Below, piece by piece: positions 21,103-31,304 of a stretch of 64,000 nucleotides of DNA. The notes beneath the pieces were generated by a model that was not told where the DNA came from, ran no database searches, and saw only the letters and a program-made list of their open reading frames with translations. Positions within the stretch are counted from its first letter, which is position 1, and each line of letters starts with the position of its first letter. A program made the position numbers and the translations under genes. Origin of the DNA: Anaerohalosphaeraceae bacterium (GTDB lineage: Bacteria > Planctomycetota > Phycisphaerae > Sedimentisphaerales > Anaerohalosphaeraceae). The DNA is taken from contig CAXXSL010000005.1 in assembly GCA_963675525.2 (NCBI GenBank), positions 98,407 through 162,406 of the forward strand, read 5' to 3'.

Positions 21103-21535
21103 GTCATTCCCGCGAAGGCGGGAATCCAGCGACAGCAGAACGACGTTATAAGGAGCAAGAGTCCATAGGGCATGAAGGATTATTTCGTTTATATACTGGC
21201 CAGTCAGCCAAAGTGAACACTTTATATTGGTGTTACGAATGACCTGTACCACCGCGTCCAGGAGCACAAACACAGGCTCGTGGAAGGCTTCACGAAAAAA
21301 CATTATGTGCATCAATTGGTGCACTTTGAGCAGTTTCACACGATTCAGAGGGCCATTGAGCGGGAGAAACAACTTAAGAAATGGAACCGTGCGTGGAAAG
21401 TCCGGCTGATTGAGGAGACCAATCCCGACTGGAATGATTTATTTTATCACGATTGTCCAAATGCACCAAGACCCGGTAATCATGAAAGCGTTGGCGGGGT
21501 GTGAAACGCTGGACCCCCGCCTGTGCGGGGGTGAC
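21103..21535 (+). mobile_element. Putative GIY-YIG element bounded by inverted palindromic repeats
   Basis: Left repeat GTCATTCCCGCGAAGGCGGGAATCCAGC (21103-21130). Right repeat, reverse complement GTCACCCCCGCACAGGCGGGGGTCCAGC (21508-21535). Confidence 0.65.
21172..21504 (+). pseudogene. GIY-YIG nuclease family protein with in-frame TGA at 21214-21216
   Basis: MKDYFVYILASQPK*TLYIGVTNDL...HK...GFTKKH...AIEREKQLKKWNRAWKVRLIEETNPDWNDL. Confidence 0.85.
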
Positions 21536-21592
21536 GAGAGAAGTGAGGATGGCTCTGCATCCGGTTCCCGACCCGCGATAACAGCAAACTCG

Positions 21593-21665
21593 TGTCATCC
21601 TGAGGCGAAGTGAAGGATCTCGTCGCTGGAGGTTCTTTCCCGATAAATCGGGACTCAGAATGACA
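21593..21665. repeat. Second GTC-tagged palindromic element with a nested hairpin
   Basis: TGTCATCCTGAG...GAAGGATCT...TCCCGATAAATCGGGA CTCAGAATGACA. Confidence 0.65.
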
Positions 21666-21709
21666 TTTTCGGGTACAGAATGGTATTTTCAGGTACGTTT
21701 TTATGGCGC

Positions 21710-21751
21710 AAAAAAAATGACCCCGCGGCCGGTTTCAGCAGCGGGGTCATT
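21710..21751 (-). terminator. Rho-independent terminator
   Basis: AATGACCCCGC/GCGGGGTCATT stem followed by a T-run on the minus strand, just after the stop at 21769. Confidence 0.7.
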
Positions 21752-21768
21752 GTCGGTGATTATTTACA

Positions 21769-23609
21769 TTAGGGGGTTTCCGCTGCCGGGGCGGGTTGCT
21801 GCGGCATCATCTTTTGCTGAATCTGCATCGCGGCATTCATAATTTCCATGAGGTGCTGCTTGGGCAGGATGATTCGCATTCCGCCTTGCCCGTCGGCGCT
21901 GTATCCGCCGATGGCTAAACTGCTCTGTGACGGCAGGTCCAGACCGCTGAAATCAGGCAATCGGCGACGGCTGGCCTTCACAGCCGGCTTGCATGATCGG
22001 TCCCATGCTCTGCATCATGTCGCCCAATCCGGTCATCAATTTAATGATATTGACACTGCAGAAAAAAATCCATGTTGGGTGTATTCTGCAGAAGGTCGAA
22101 AGCGGTTTTGGTTTCACCCGTTGCCGGAGCGGAAGCATTCCGGTCGACGAGCGCCTTGACATCGGCCTCGCTGTCGGTCCCCATGGTAAACATAATATGT
22201 GTCATCCGTATGTGCGGCGGTATAGGTCAGGCCGTCGCCATAGACTTGATTCATCATCGCCTGCATCGGGTCATTCGGGTCATCCGAGGGCGGGAACGTC
22301 AATACGATCTTATCGATCGTTGCGTTTCTTATACGTTGACACCTCCGGCTGGTATTCGAAGGGACATCGGCAGGCCGATGGCCTTATAAAAATCGCCCGC
22401 CATATCCATGCTTTCATTCGTGAGTTTCTGCATGGCAGCCATGTCTTTGGCGCCGAAGACTTCATGAAACTTAAAACGGCGGCTGGCCTTTCGCATACGA
22501 GAACGAAAAGGCGATTTCGTCGCCCATCGCCGCCAGCATTTTGTGCGTCAGATCTTTCATCTTTACAATCTGTTTCGGTCAGCGATGCATCGGGGCCGGA
22601 TTCTTCCATGATGTCAAAAAAGTATGGCATACATCTTTTGCATCGACGGTTGATCGACTTTCATCAATCCATTTACAGCGTTGTTTGTTGTCCAGATAGC
22701 CCGTATAGGCAAAACCCGTCTTTGGCTTTCGGGTTGGCGACGAGCAGATCCGCCAGTTTCGGTGGCGTCTTTGGCACGTAGCGAGATATTCATGCTCAAA
22801 CGCCGTCGGTTTCCGGCGTCAATGCGATCGTGGCCGAATCCGCATCGCCGGCGAATTGCTTGAAACAGGCCCCGTATAAATACCGATATAAAACTTACCG
22901 AATTCTCCCATCACCCCGCTCATCGCCTTGGACATTTCCGTTTCGGCCTTTTCCATCTCCGCCATGACCATCGGGCTGAATTGGTCATACAGCGCCGCCA
23001 GGTTGATATACCCCCATACCGGTGCGGCCACTGCTTCCTTGGCCTGTGCGGCGTTGAGTTTTTCCCGCTAACGGGGTTGTTGTGCCGCTCAAGGCGGTTT
23101 TTCAGAGTTTGCCAGTTTTTCCTTTTTTCGGATTCCGGGAGGACGATGGGCGTATTTTGCCGCCGCCCGCTTCGGCCAGTGCGAAACCGCCCATGGGTGA
23201 ATTGGGCGACGAAAGAATGGTGAACCCGTCTGCGCCTACGGTACAGTTTTGCATTGGTTTTGACGAATTCGCCATAATTGGTAACCGGCACAAGGAGACC
23301 GACCGTCATGTCCGACAATCCGACCACCGTGAACGTCCCGTTCATTTCAATCCCGGTGAGCATGGAGTCGCCGACAACGTCCGCCAACTGCTGGTTGACC
23401 ATCATGGTGGTGCTGATAGGGGCCACGCCGGCGAGGTACTGGTCCATTTTTTGCCAGTGATCCGTTGAGATCATTGATTCTTACGCAGAACATACAATCT
23501 TCGGGAAGCATTTCCAGAACAGGGTCGTCTGCAGCGTAAAACATTGCCGACGGAACAAATGATAATCAGGGCACAAATGAGGAATTTAAAATATTTGATG
23601 CGTTTTCAT
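21769..23609 (-). CDS. Exported Met-rich hypothetical protein with many frameshifts
   Basis: GAAAGGAA RBS and ATG 23609. Coherent fragments across frames: ADDPVLEMLPEDCMFCVRIND, MDQYLAGV, APVWGYINL, IILPKQHLMEI. Confidence 0.6.
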
Positions 23610-23674
23610 AAGCTATTCCTTTCAAAAATGGGGGGTTCTTTCTATTCCAAGACGCATTTAATATAAATCCGTTT

Positions 23675-24529
23675 TCATTTTTTTCCACAAGATATTTTAT
23701 TTTTTCCGTAAAAAAGTTCCAACGTGTGATTGTAAATTTTCTGATTAGTGGCTAGTATCCCAAAATATTCGGCATTATAGTCCCTTAATGAGACGGGAAA
23801 TATAGGGTTACCATGAAAATCAGAAACAATACCGCCAGCCTGTTGGATAATGATGGCCCCGGCGGCAATGTCCCCACAGTTTGGATGAGACCGCTGCCAT
23901 GCCGATCATTGCGCCTTTGGCCACGCAGGCCAAATGCAAAGCCGTTGAGCCCAGACTGCGAAAGCGGGTTTGCCGCATCATTTCCCTGACGCCGTTTGTT
24001 CGTTTCGGGATTTAAATGGCTGTCTACAGCGAAAACTGGCAAAACTGATTAATATCGTCTTCGCTGACGGTTACCGACGATCCGTTTCATCATCGCATCG
24101 GTGCCCTCTGCGGCGGTATACATTGAATCGGTCATCGGGTCAAATATGACGCCGAGGACGGGTTTCCCTTCGACCATAACCGCTATACTGACGCAAAATA
24201 AAAATAACCCGCTAGCATAATTGTTGGTTCCGTCGATGGGATCGATGACCCACCAGACGGAAGTGCCGGTCCGGGGGCGGACAATGGAGCAGTTTTTCCG
24301 TCCGGTCCCTCTTCGGCGATCACTCCATGCTCGGGGATATTGTTGTCGAATATGGTCGATAATGATTGTTTTGACAAGCCGAATCCGCTTGCGTAACAAT
24401 TTTCATTTCCGTTTTTTAACGGTTCGGCGGATACACCGCAACTGCTCCTTTGCATGCTGGCCGGCCAGGGCGGGCAGCTGCAATAGCGGTTTCCAGCATT
24501 TGGCTCAGTTCTGGGGATGGTCGTGTCAT
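23675..24529 (-). CDS. suhB: Inositol monophosphatase family protein with frameshifts
   Basis: MLETAIAAARLAGQ, VIAEEG, WWVIDPIDGTNNY, FRSLGSTALHLACVAKG and KLWDIAAGAII. End coordinate approximate. Confidence 0.8.
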
Positions 24530-24545
24530 AAGCATCCTTTCTGTC

Positions 24546-24574
24546 TTGACAAGCTGTTTGGCGGGGTCTATTGT
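24546..24574 (+). promoter_or_regulatory. Sigma70-type promoter
   Basis: TTGACA-17 nt-TATTGT, 9 nt before ATG 24584. Confidence 0.55.
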
Positions 24575-24583
24575 AACGGAACA

Positions 24584-25060
24584 ATGAAATCAGGCCAATA
24601 TTCAAATTTTAAAAAAACCGAAAAGCTTTCACGCGGTTGCCAGGATTACCGCAACCGTATTTTTTTTGTACCCTGTTTTGCGATAGGGGTCATTTTTGTG
24701 GGCCTCGGCAAAAGGATACATCCGTCTTGGTCCATTATTGGGGGTGTGCGGTTTTTAAAACAACGCTTTGGACTGCCATGTCCGGGATGCGGTTGGACCC
24801 ATGCCGGGCAGGCTTTTTTTACGGGCCATATTCTTGAGGCATTTTGGATTCAGCCGGCGGCCGGAGTTTTTTTGCTTCGTTGCCGTCTTTGCTGCGATTT
24901 TTTTCTTTACATTGCGCCCTGTTTGGTATAGATTTTGGTTTTCTGAAATACCTGTTTTAAATCAGCATCAGGTATGAGTGTCCCTGTTGATATCCGCAGT
25001 GGTTGTGATCATGGCAGGATGGGTTGTTTACGCTGATAAGGTCGATTCTTGAAAAACTCG
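24584..25060 (+). CDS. DUF2752 domain membrane protein with frameshifts (end approximate)
   Basis: FGLPCPGCGWTHAGQAFFTGHILEAFWIQPA signature. Confidence 0.7.
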
Positions 25061-25741
25061 GGAACTTAAAAAACTTTGGTCGGTTTGATGCACGAACGGC
25101 GCTTTATATTGCACTTATTGTTTCACTTATTGTGAATTCAGGGTGCGATATTTTCGGTTTTCTGGTGTCGCCCGGCGTGTTTGAACAAAAAGTGACACCC
25201 GAATATGACTTGTTGGCACAGCAGAATCGTAAGATTTTACTGTGGGTGGAATGTCCCCATTCTGCGAGTGCGGATCATGATGTCAAAGACAAATTGACGG
25301 CGGCCTATTTGCTTTATCTGACAGAGATAGTCAAAATTCCATCTGAAAATATTCTGTTGCATCAACCTGTGGCGGAAACTGCCCTGATTCAGGACCCGGT
25401 CCAGATTGCTCGTGATTTGAACGCGGGTTATGTTTTTGCTCGTCCAGGTACATGACTATGAAATGCTGCCATTGAGTATGAAAAATTATTATTCCGGAGA
25501 AATGATTACCCGGTCTGTTCTGATGGACACGGATCTTGGGATTTCCGTGTGGCCCCGCAATCCGTCCGGGAAAATAATTCATGTCGGTGTGGACATGGAA
25601 ACAAAAGGACGCGATGCCGCTTTAAGCCGGCTTGTTTCTGCAACGGTCCATTGTACCTTGCGGTATCTTTACCCTTGTGAAAAACTAAAATTTAAAGTGA
25701 TGGATGAACGAATTTCGATTCAGGATACTTTTGAAATATAA
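25060..25741 (+). CDS. Hypothetical lipoprotein (start approximate; frameshift near 25435)
   Basis: ALIVSLIVNSGC lipobox-like segment; ORFs 25024-25455 and 25430-25741 join. Confidence 0.55.
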
Positions 25742-25762
25742 CTGTGTTAGGAGAGGTATTGT

Positions 25763-27352
25763 ATGTACAAAATATTGATTTCGGATAAATTGGCCAAAGA
25801 GGGCATCGATTTAATTAATGCGACAGAAGGCTTCGAGGCCGTAGTGAAAACGGGCATGAGCGAAGATGAACTCATAACGGTTATCGGTGAGTATGACGGT
25901 CTGATCATTCGCAGTGCGACAAAGGTGACGGCTAAGGTTCTGGAAAAGGCCGGCAATCTCAAAGGCATCGCACGGGCCGGTGTTGGAGTGGACAACATTG
26001 ATATTCCCGCAGCGACACAAAAGGGTATTTTGGTGATGAACACACCGGGCGGCAATACGCTCAGTGCCGCCGAACATACAATGGCGCTGATGCTTGCATT
26101 GAGTCGTAATGTAGTGCCGGCCTGTTCCAGTCTCAAAGAGGGTGCCTGGGATCGAAAGAAATATACCGGTAACCAGTTGAACGGCAAAGTCCTGGGCTTG
26201 ATCGGTTTGGGGCGTATCGGTATGGCCGTGGCCAAAATGGCAACCGGTTTTAATATGAAGGTTTTGGGATACGATCCGTTCGCCGCCCCTCAGGAGGCTG
26301 CGCAATTGGGAATTGAAGTGACCGAGGACATTGAGCGTATCTACCGCGAAGCCGACTTCCTGAGTCTGCATATTCCTCGCAATGAGCAGACCACGAATAT
26401 GATCGCCACGAAACAACTGAAGATGATGAAGCCAACATGCCGGATCGTCAACTGTGCCCGCGGCGGGATCATTAACGAAGACGATCTTTATAATGCGTTG
26501 AATGCCGGAGTCATTGCGGGTGCGGCAATTGATGTGTTTTCAAAAGAACCGCCGGATAATATGGGTTTCCAAAATTGCCCGACCTGTCTGGTGACGCCGC
26601 ATCTGGGTGCCAGCACCGAAGAAGCCCAGATCGAAGTGGCTGTGGAGGCGGCTCAGATACTGTGTGACGCGATCAAAGGTGGTCCGATCAGCAATGCTCT
26701 GAATGCTCCGGCCAGCAGCGGCGGCGTTTCGCCGATTGTTTGTCATTATGCCGAACTGGCACAGCGCATTGGCACGGTGATGAGTACGTTGGCTCCGGGA
26801 CATATCAAGGGCGTCAAGATTGAGTTCCGAGGTTCTATTGCCAACAAGCCGACTGATTCGGTTGCGACGGCGTTTACCATCGGCCTGCTTCAACCCCATT
26901 TTGATACGGTGATTAATATGGTTAATGCGCCGGTTGTTGCCAAGCAGCGGGGCATCAGCATCGACCAGACCAAGAATGAGGACATCAAGGACCTTGAGTC
27001 CAGCTTTACGGCTAGGGTAACCACCGACAAGGTAACCCGTACGATATGCGGGACTGTTTTTGGCGGTTGTTTGTTGCGGATTATTGACATTGACGGTTTT
27101 GGGATCGAGGTGACCCCCGAAGATACGATGGTTGTTATCTTTAACGATGACAAGCCGGGCGTTATCGGGTCCGTTGGTAAAGTCTTAGGCGAACATGGCA
27201 TCAATATTAATACGATGGGCGTCGGACATAAGCTCGATGAAGGCAAGGCGATTCTGGCTGTAAGCCTGGACAAAACGCCGGACGAAAAAGCGTCTGCCGA
27301 ACTGGCGGGTCTGGATTTTGTTAACGAGATGTATGTTTGCAAACTTCGGTAA
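25763..27352 (+). CDS. serA: D-3-phosphoglycerate dehydrogenase (type I, ASB and ACT domains)
   Basis: IARAGVGVDNID, NTLSAAEHT, GLIGLGRIG, VTPHLGASTEEAQ and the ACT motif DKPGVIG. Confidence 0.95.
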   Translation: MYKILISDKLAKEGIDLINATEGFEAVVKTGMSEDELITVIGEYDGLIIRSATKVTAKVLEKAGNLKGIARAGVGVDNIDIPAATQKGILVMNTPGGNTLSAAEHTMALMLALSRNVVPACSSLKEGAWDRKKYTGNQLNGKVLGLIGLGRIGMAVAKMATGFNMKVLGYDPFAAPQEAAQLGIEVTEDIERIYREADFLSLHIPRNEQTTNMIATKQLKMMKPTCRIVNCARGGIINEDDLYNALNAGVIAGAAIDVFSKEPPDNMGFQNCPTCLVTPHLGASTEEAQIEVAVEAAQILCDAIKGGPISNALNAPASSGGVSPIVCHYAELAQRIGTVMSTLAPGHIKGVKIEFRGSIANKPTDSVATAFTIGLLQPHFDTVINMVNAPVVAKQRGISIDQTKNEDIKDLESSFTARVTTDKVTRTICGTVFGGCLLRIIDIDGFGIEVTPEDTMVVIFNDDKPGVIGSVGKVLGEHGININTMGVGHKLDEGKAILAVSLDKTPDEKASAELAGLDFVNEMYVCKLR

Positions 27353-27468
27353 CAGACAGGTTATCAAAAGCCCGAGCGGTCCGTCAGACGTTTCGATGTG
27401 CCGGACCGCTCGGATTGTATTCAGGAAGTGATGGGATGACTGCCCGAAAGATAAAAGAAGAGAAACAA

Positions 27469-29264
27469 ATGAGTTTCGGTTTTGATCTGGAGGTCGAATC
27501 CCAGCCGTCAACGGCCGGCAGCAAGACATCTGTCAAATCGAAAAAGAAGGTTTCCCGAAAAGCCACTCCTCCCCGAGAAAAAAAAAGATCATCAAGGAAG
27601 AAAATTGACATGGAAGTTGAGACCCCGATAGAAGCGGCAGAACCTGTTGTTCCTAAAAAACGTTCTCAAAAAACAGTTGCCGCCACCGCTGAATCCATGG
27701 CGGCCAAGCAGCGTGACATCAGTGTGAGCGAATTTTTTGCCAAGAATCGTCACTTGTTAGGGTTTGATAATCCGCGTAAAGCACTGCTGACGGCCGTGAA
27801 GGAAGCGGTGGACAATTCGCTCGATGCCTGTGAGGAAGCGCATATTCTGCCGGATATTATCATTGATATTAAGCCCGTTGAAAAGACAGATAACAAGTTC
27901 AGGCTGACCATCAGGGATAATGGCCCCGGGATTGTGCCCAAACAGGTTCCGAATATTTTTGCCCGGCTGCTTTACGGCAGTAAATTTCATACGTTGAAAA
28001 TGAGCCGCGGCCAGCAGGGCATCGGCATTAGCGCCGCGGGAATGTATGGCTTGCTGACAACCGGTGAACCGGTACAGATCATCACCCGCACAAATAAAAA
28101 AAATCCCGCTCGTCATTATCACGTCCAGATCGATACGACGAAAAACAGGCCTGAAGTCATTAGTGACGAAGAATGTGAATTTGACCTGCCGACCGGAACC
28201 AGCGTGACCATTACGCTTGAAGGTAAGTACCTCAAGGGCAAGCAAAGTGTCGATGAGTATGTCGCCCAGACGGCGATGGCCAATCCGCATACGACCATTA
28301 TCTATCATGCGCCGGGGGGAGAAACAAACGAATATCTTCGCCAGTCTCACGAGTTGCCGTTCATTCCGGCGGAAATCAAACCGCACCCCTATGGTGTGGA
28401 ATTGGGCGTTCTTTTTAAGATGGCCCGTGAAAGCGGCAGCAGGACATTGGCGGATTTTCTGCGAAGTGACTTCTCGCGTGTCAGCCCGAGGCTGGGTGCT
28501 GAAATTGTCAAGAAAGCAAAAATCTCTTCACGTTTGAAACCCCAGAAAATTACGCTGAAAGAAGCCGAAAGACTGCATGAAGCCATCAATTCGACCAAGA
28601 TAATGGCTCCGCCGACAGATTGTGTAGGTCCGATCGGAGAAGAAAAAATGATTGAAGGGCTTGCCCGTGTTGTCGAGGCAAATTTTTATACAAGCTGCAC
28701 CCGCAAGCCGTCAGTTTATCGCGGCAATCCTTTTATTGTTGAGGCGGCCCTGGCTTTTGGATGTAAAGATTTGCAGAAAAAGGAAGATGACGACAAAGAA
28801 CCCTTGATGCGGCTGGTTCGGTTTGCTAACCGTGTTCCCCTGCTATATCAGCAGTCCGCCTGCGCTACGCATAAATCCGTTCTTGAGACAAACTGGCGAA
28901 ACTATGGACTGAGCCAGAGCCGCGGGGCACTGCCTTCGGGATCGATGATGCTGATGGTTCATGTTGCATCCGTTTGGGTGCCGTTTACCTCAGAGAGCAA
29001 GGAGGCGGTGGCGCATTATCCGGAAATCATCAAGGAACTGAAGCTGGCGATCCAGGAATGTGGCCGAAAACTGGGAATGCATGTTCGCAAGCAAAAGAAG
29101 ATCAAAGATGAACTGATCAAACGCAGTTATATTGAAACGTATCTGCCCCATATCAGCCAGGCCCTGAAGGATATTTTAACGCTGCAGGACCGGCAGATTG
29201 GGTAACCTAAAAACTCGAAGACAATTTAAAGAATATACTCGAACGGACCCGTTCACTGCCGTAA
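27469..29264 (+). CDS. top6B: DNA topoisomerase VI subunit B (probable frameshift near 29205)
   Basis: ISVSEFFAKN, KEAVDNSLDACEE, DNGPGI, SRGQQGIGIS, RGNPFIVE, RFANRVPLLYQ and VPFTSESKEA. Tail KLEDNLKNILERTRSLP* lies in another frame. Confidence 0.92.
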
Positions 29265-29280
29265 CCATAGAGAGGAAAGC

Positions 29281-29907
29281 ATGGCCAGGGAAGAAGAACA
29301 AATTTTAGTGATTGAACGGAAAAAAATCGAAACAATAGGCCTGTTCCATGGCTTGATGCTTGATGTGCAGCCGTATCTGGAGGTGGTGTTCAGTGGTATT
29401 CCGGAGTTTAAGCTCCGCAAAGAGATGGAAACCAACCCCGATTACAAGCAATTGATCCCCTATGTCATTATGTGTTGTAACGGCAAATATCTGACTTATC
29501 TGCGCGGCAAGCGAGCCGGTGAGAAGCGGCTTGTCGGCAACCGATCAATCGGTATCGGCGGGCATATCAATCCGGTTGACGATATGTCACTGATCGGTTT
29601 TGAGGAGACTTATCTGAATGCCGTTAAACGTGAAGTCGAAGAAGAAGTTAATGTTCAAACATCTTATACGGACAGGATCGTTGCTTTACTGAATGATGAT
29701 ACGAATGAGGTCGGGCAGGTCCATCTTGGTGTCGTGCATCTGTGGACGCTGGATTCAGAAAACGTGACCAAAAAAGAGCAGATGATTAATCAACTGACTT
29801 TTATGAGCATCGAGGAGTTGATGGAGGTTCGTGACGAGATGGAGACATGGTCTCAGTTGTGCCTGGACGGTTTGAGTAAATTGGAACGCTGTGAGAAGAC
29901 AGCATAG
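29281..29907 (+). CDS. Predicted NUDIX-like phosphoesterase (COG4112-type)
   Basis: METNPDYKQLIPY, GEKRL, SIGIGGHINPVD, REVEEEV, VGQVHLG and METWSQ. Confidence 0.8.
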   Translation: MAREEEQILVIERKKIETIGLFHGLMLDVQPYLEVVFSGIPEFKLRKEMETNPDYKQLIPYVIMCCNGKYLTYLRGKRAGEKRLVGNRSIGIGGHINPVDDMSLIGFEETYLNAVKREVEEEVNVQTSYTDRIVALLNDDTNEVGQVHLGVVHLWTLDSENVTKKEQMINQLTFMSIEELMEVRDEMETWSQLCLDGLSKLERCEKTA

Positions 29908-29927
29908 CAGATAAACGAGCAATATCG

Positions 29928-31304
29928 ATGCCACAGGAATTGATTATCAGTATCAGCGGGATGAGGGGATTGATCGGAGAAAATCTCTTTCCCGAAACAG
30001 CGGCGGCTTATGGCTGTGCATTCGGAGCATTCCTCAAACAACGCCATCCCGACAAATCCAAAATGACCGTTGCGATTGGTCGGGATTCCCGGCCATCCGG
30101 TCAGATGATCTTTTCAGGCGTTGCCGCCGGGCTGACGGCCAGCGGTGTTAATGTTCTTGATTTGGGAATCTGTTCGACTCCGGGCGTCGGGATTATGCTC
30201 AGAGAGTTGAAGTGTGTCGGTGGGGTGGTTATCACCGCCAGCCACAACCCACCCCCTTATAACGGGATCAAACTGCTTTTAGAGAATGGCATTGCCCCGC
30301 CCATAGAGATGGCTCAGCAGATCATACAGATTTATCGTGATCGCCGCTTTGCATTGGCGGATTCGCTGAGATGCGGCCATGTTGCCGCTGACGACCGGAC
30401 GCACGCCATTCATATCGACAAGGTGCTGGCGATTGTTACAAAAGAAACGATTGCGGCAAAAAGATTTAAAGTGGTTTTAGATAGTGTCAATGGTGCCGGC
30501 GGAGCAGCGGGCCTCAGGCTGCTTGAGGCTCTGGGCTGTGACGTGGTTGGCATGAACATTGAGCCGACGGGAATTTTTGCACATACACCGGAACCGACAA
30601 AAGAAAACCTGGTAACTCTCTGCGATGAGGTTAAAAGTGTCGGTGCGGCGGTTGGTTTCGCTCAGGATCCGGATGCGGACCGGTTGGCCATTGTGGATGA
30701 AAACGGGGTCTATGTCGGCGAAGAATTTACTCTGGCTTTGGCGACCCGGCAGGTGCTTTCGAAAATGAAAGGACCAGTGGCCGCCAATCTTTCGACCTCG
30801 CGGATGGTGGATGATATTGCCGAAGAAGCGGGTTGTGAGGTGATTCGCACGCCTGTTGGCGAAGCCCATGTGGCCCAGGCGATGGTTGCCAACAACTGTG
30901 TTATCGGCGGCGAAGGAAACGGCGGGATCATCGATCTTCGTGTCGGGCCCGTACGTGACAGTCTTGTGGGGATGGCGCTGGTTCTGCAGTTGATGGCTGA
31001 TACCGGAAAGTCCCTCTCACAGCTTGCCTCCCAAGTCGGGGGATACACCATCTATAAAAGCAAATATCCCGTCAATAAAAAACAAGCCGGCGAGATTATC
31101 GAACAGGCCGGGGCAATTTTCACGGATGCAAAGCTCAATACGAGCGACGGTTGTCGCTTTGATTTACCCGACGGCTGGGTTCACATTCGAACCAGTAACA
31201 CCGAACCGATCATGCGTGTGATTATTGAAACGAAGACCGATGAAGCGGCGGTAAATTATACGAAAGCAGTAGAAAAGATATGCCGGACTGTTCTGAACAA
31301 ATAA
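29928..31304 (+). CDS. glmM: Phosphoglucosamine mutase/phosphomannomutase family protein
   Basis: ITASHNP, DPDADR, GGEGNGG and IRTSNTEP. Confidence 0.8.
   Translation: MPQELIISISGMRGLIGENLFPETAAAYGCAFGAFLKQRHPDKSKMTVAIGRDSRPSGQMIFSGVAAGLTASGVNVLDLGICSTPGVGIMLRELKCVGGVVITASHNPPPYNGIKLLLENGIAPPIEMAQQIIQIYRDRRFALADSLRCGHVAADDRTHAIHIDKVLAIVTKETIAAKRFKVVLDSVNGAGGAAGLRLLEALGCDVVGMNIEPTGIFAHTPEPTKENLVTLCDEVKSVGAAVGFAQDPDADRLAIVDENGVYVGEEFTLALATRQVLSKMKGPVAANLSTSRMVDDIAEEAGCEVIRTPVGEAHVAQAMVANNCVIGGEGNGGIIDLRVGPVRDSLVGMALVLQLMADTGKSLSQLASQVGGYTIYKSKYPVNKKQAGEIIEQAGAIFTDAKLNTSDGCRFDLPDGWVHIRTSNTEPIMRVIIETKTDEAAVNYTKAVEKICRTVLNK

Noticed and set aside
21214..21216. TGA recoding (alternative genetic code or selenocysteine)
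   Set aside because: TGA ends ordinary genes here (e.g. cinA), long genes have no internal TGA, and the position corresponds to Gly rather than Cys.
27337..27468. Longer N-terminus of Top6B starting at 27337
   Set aside because: It overlaps the serA end and has a TTG start; ATG 27469 follows a purine-rich RBS-like tract and is preferred.
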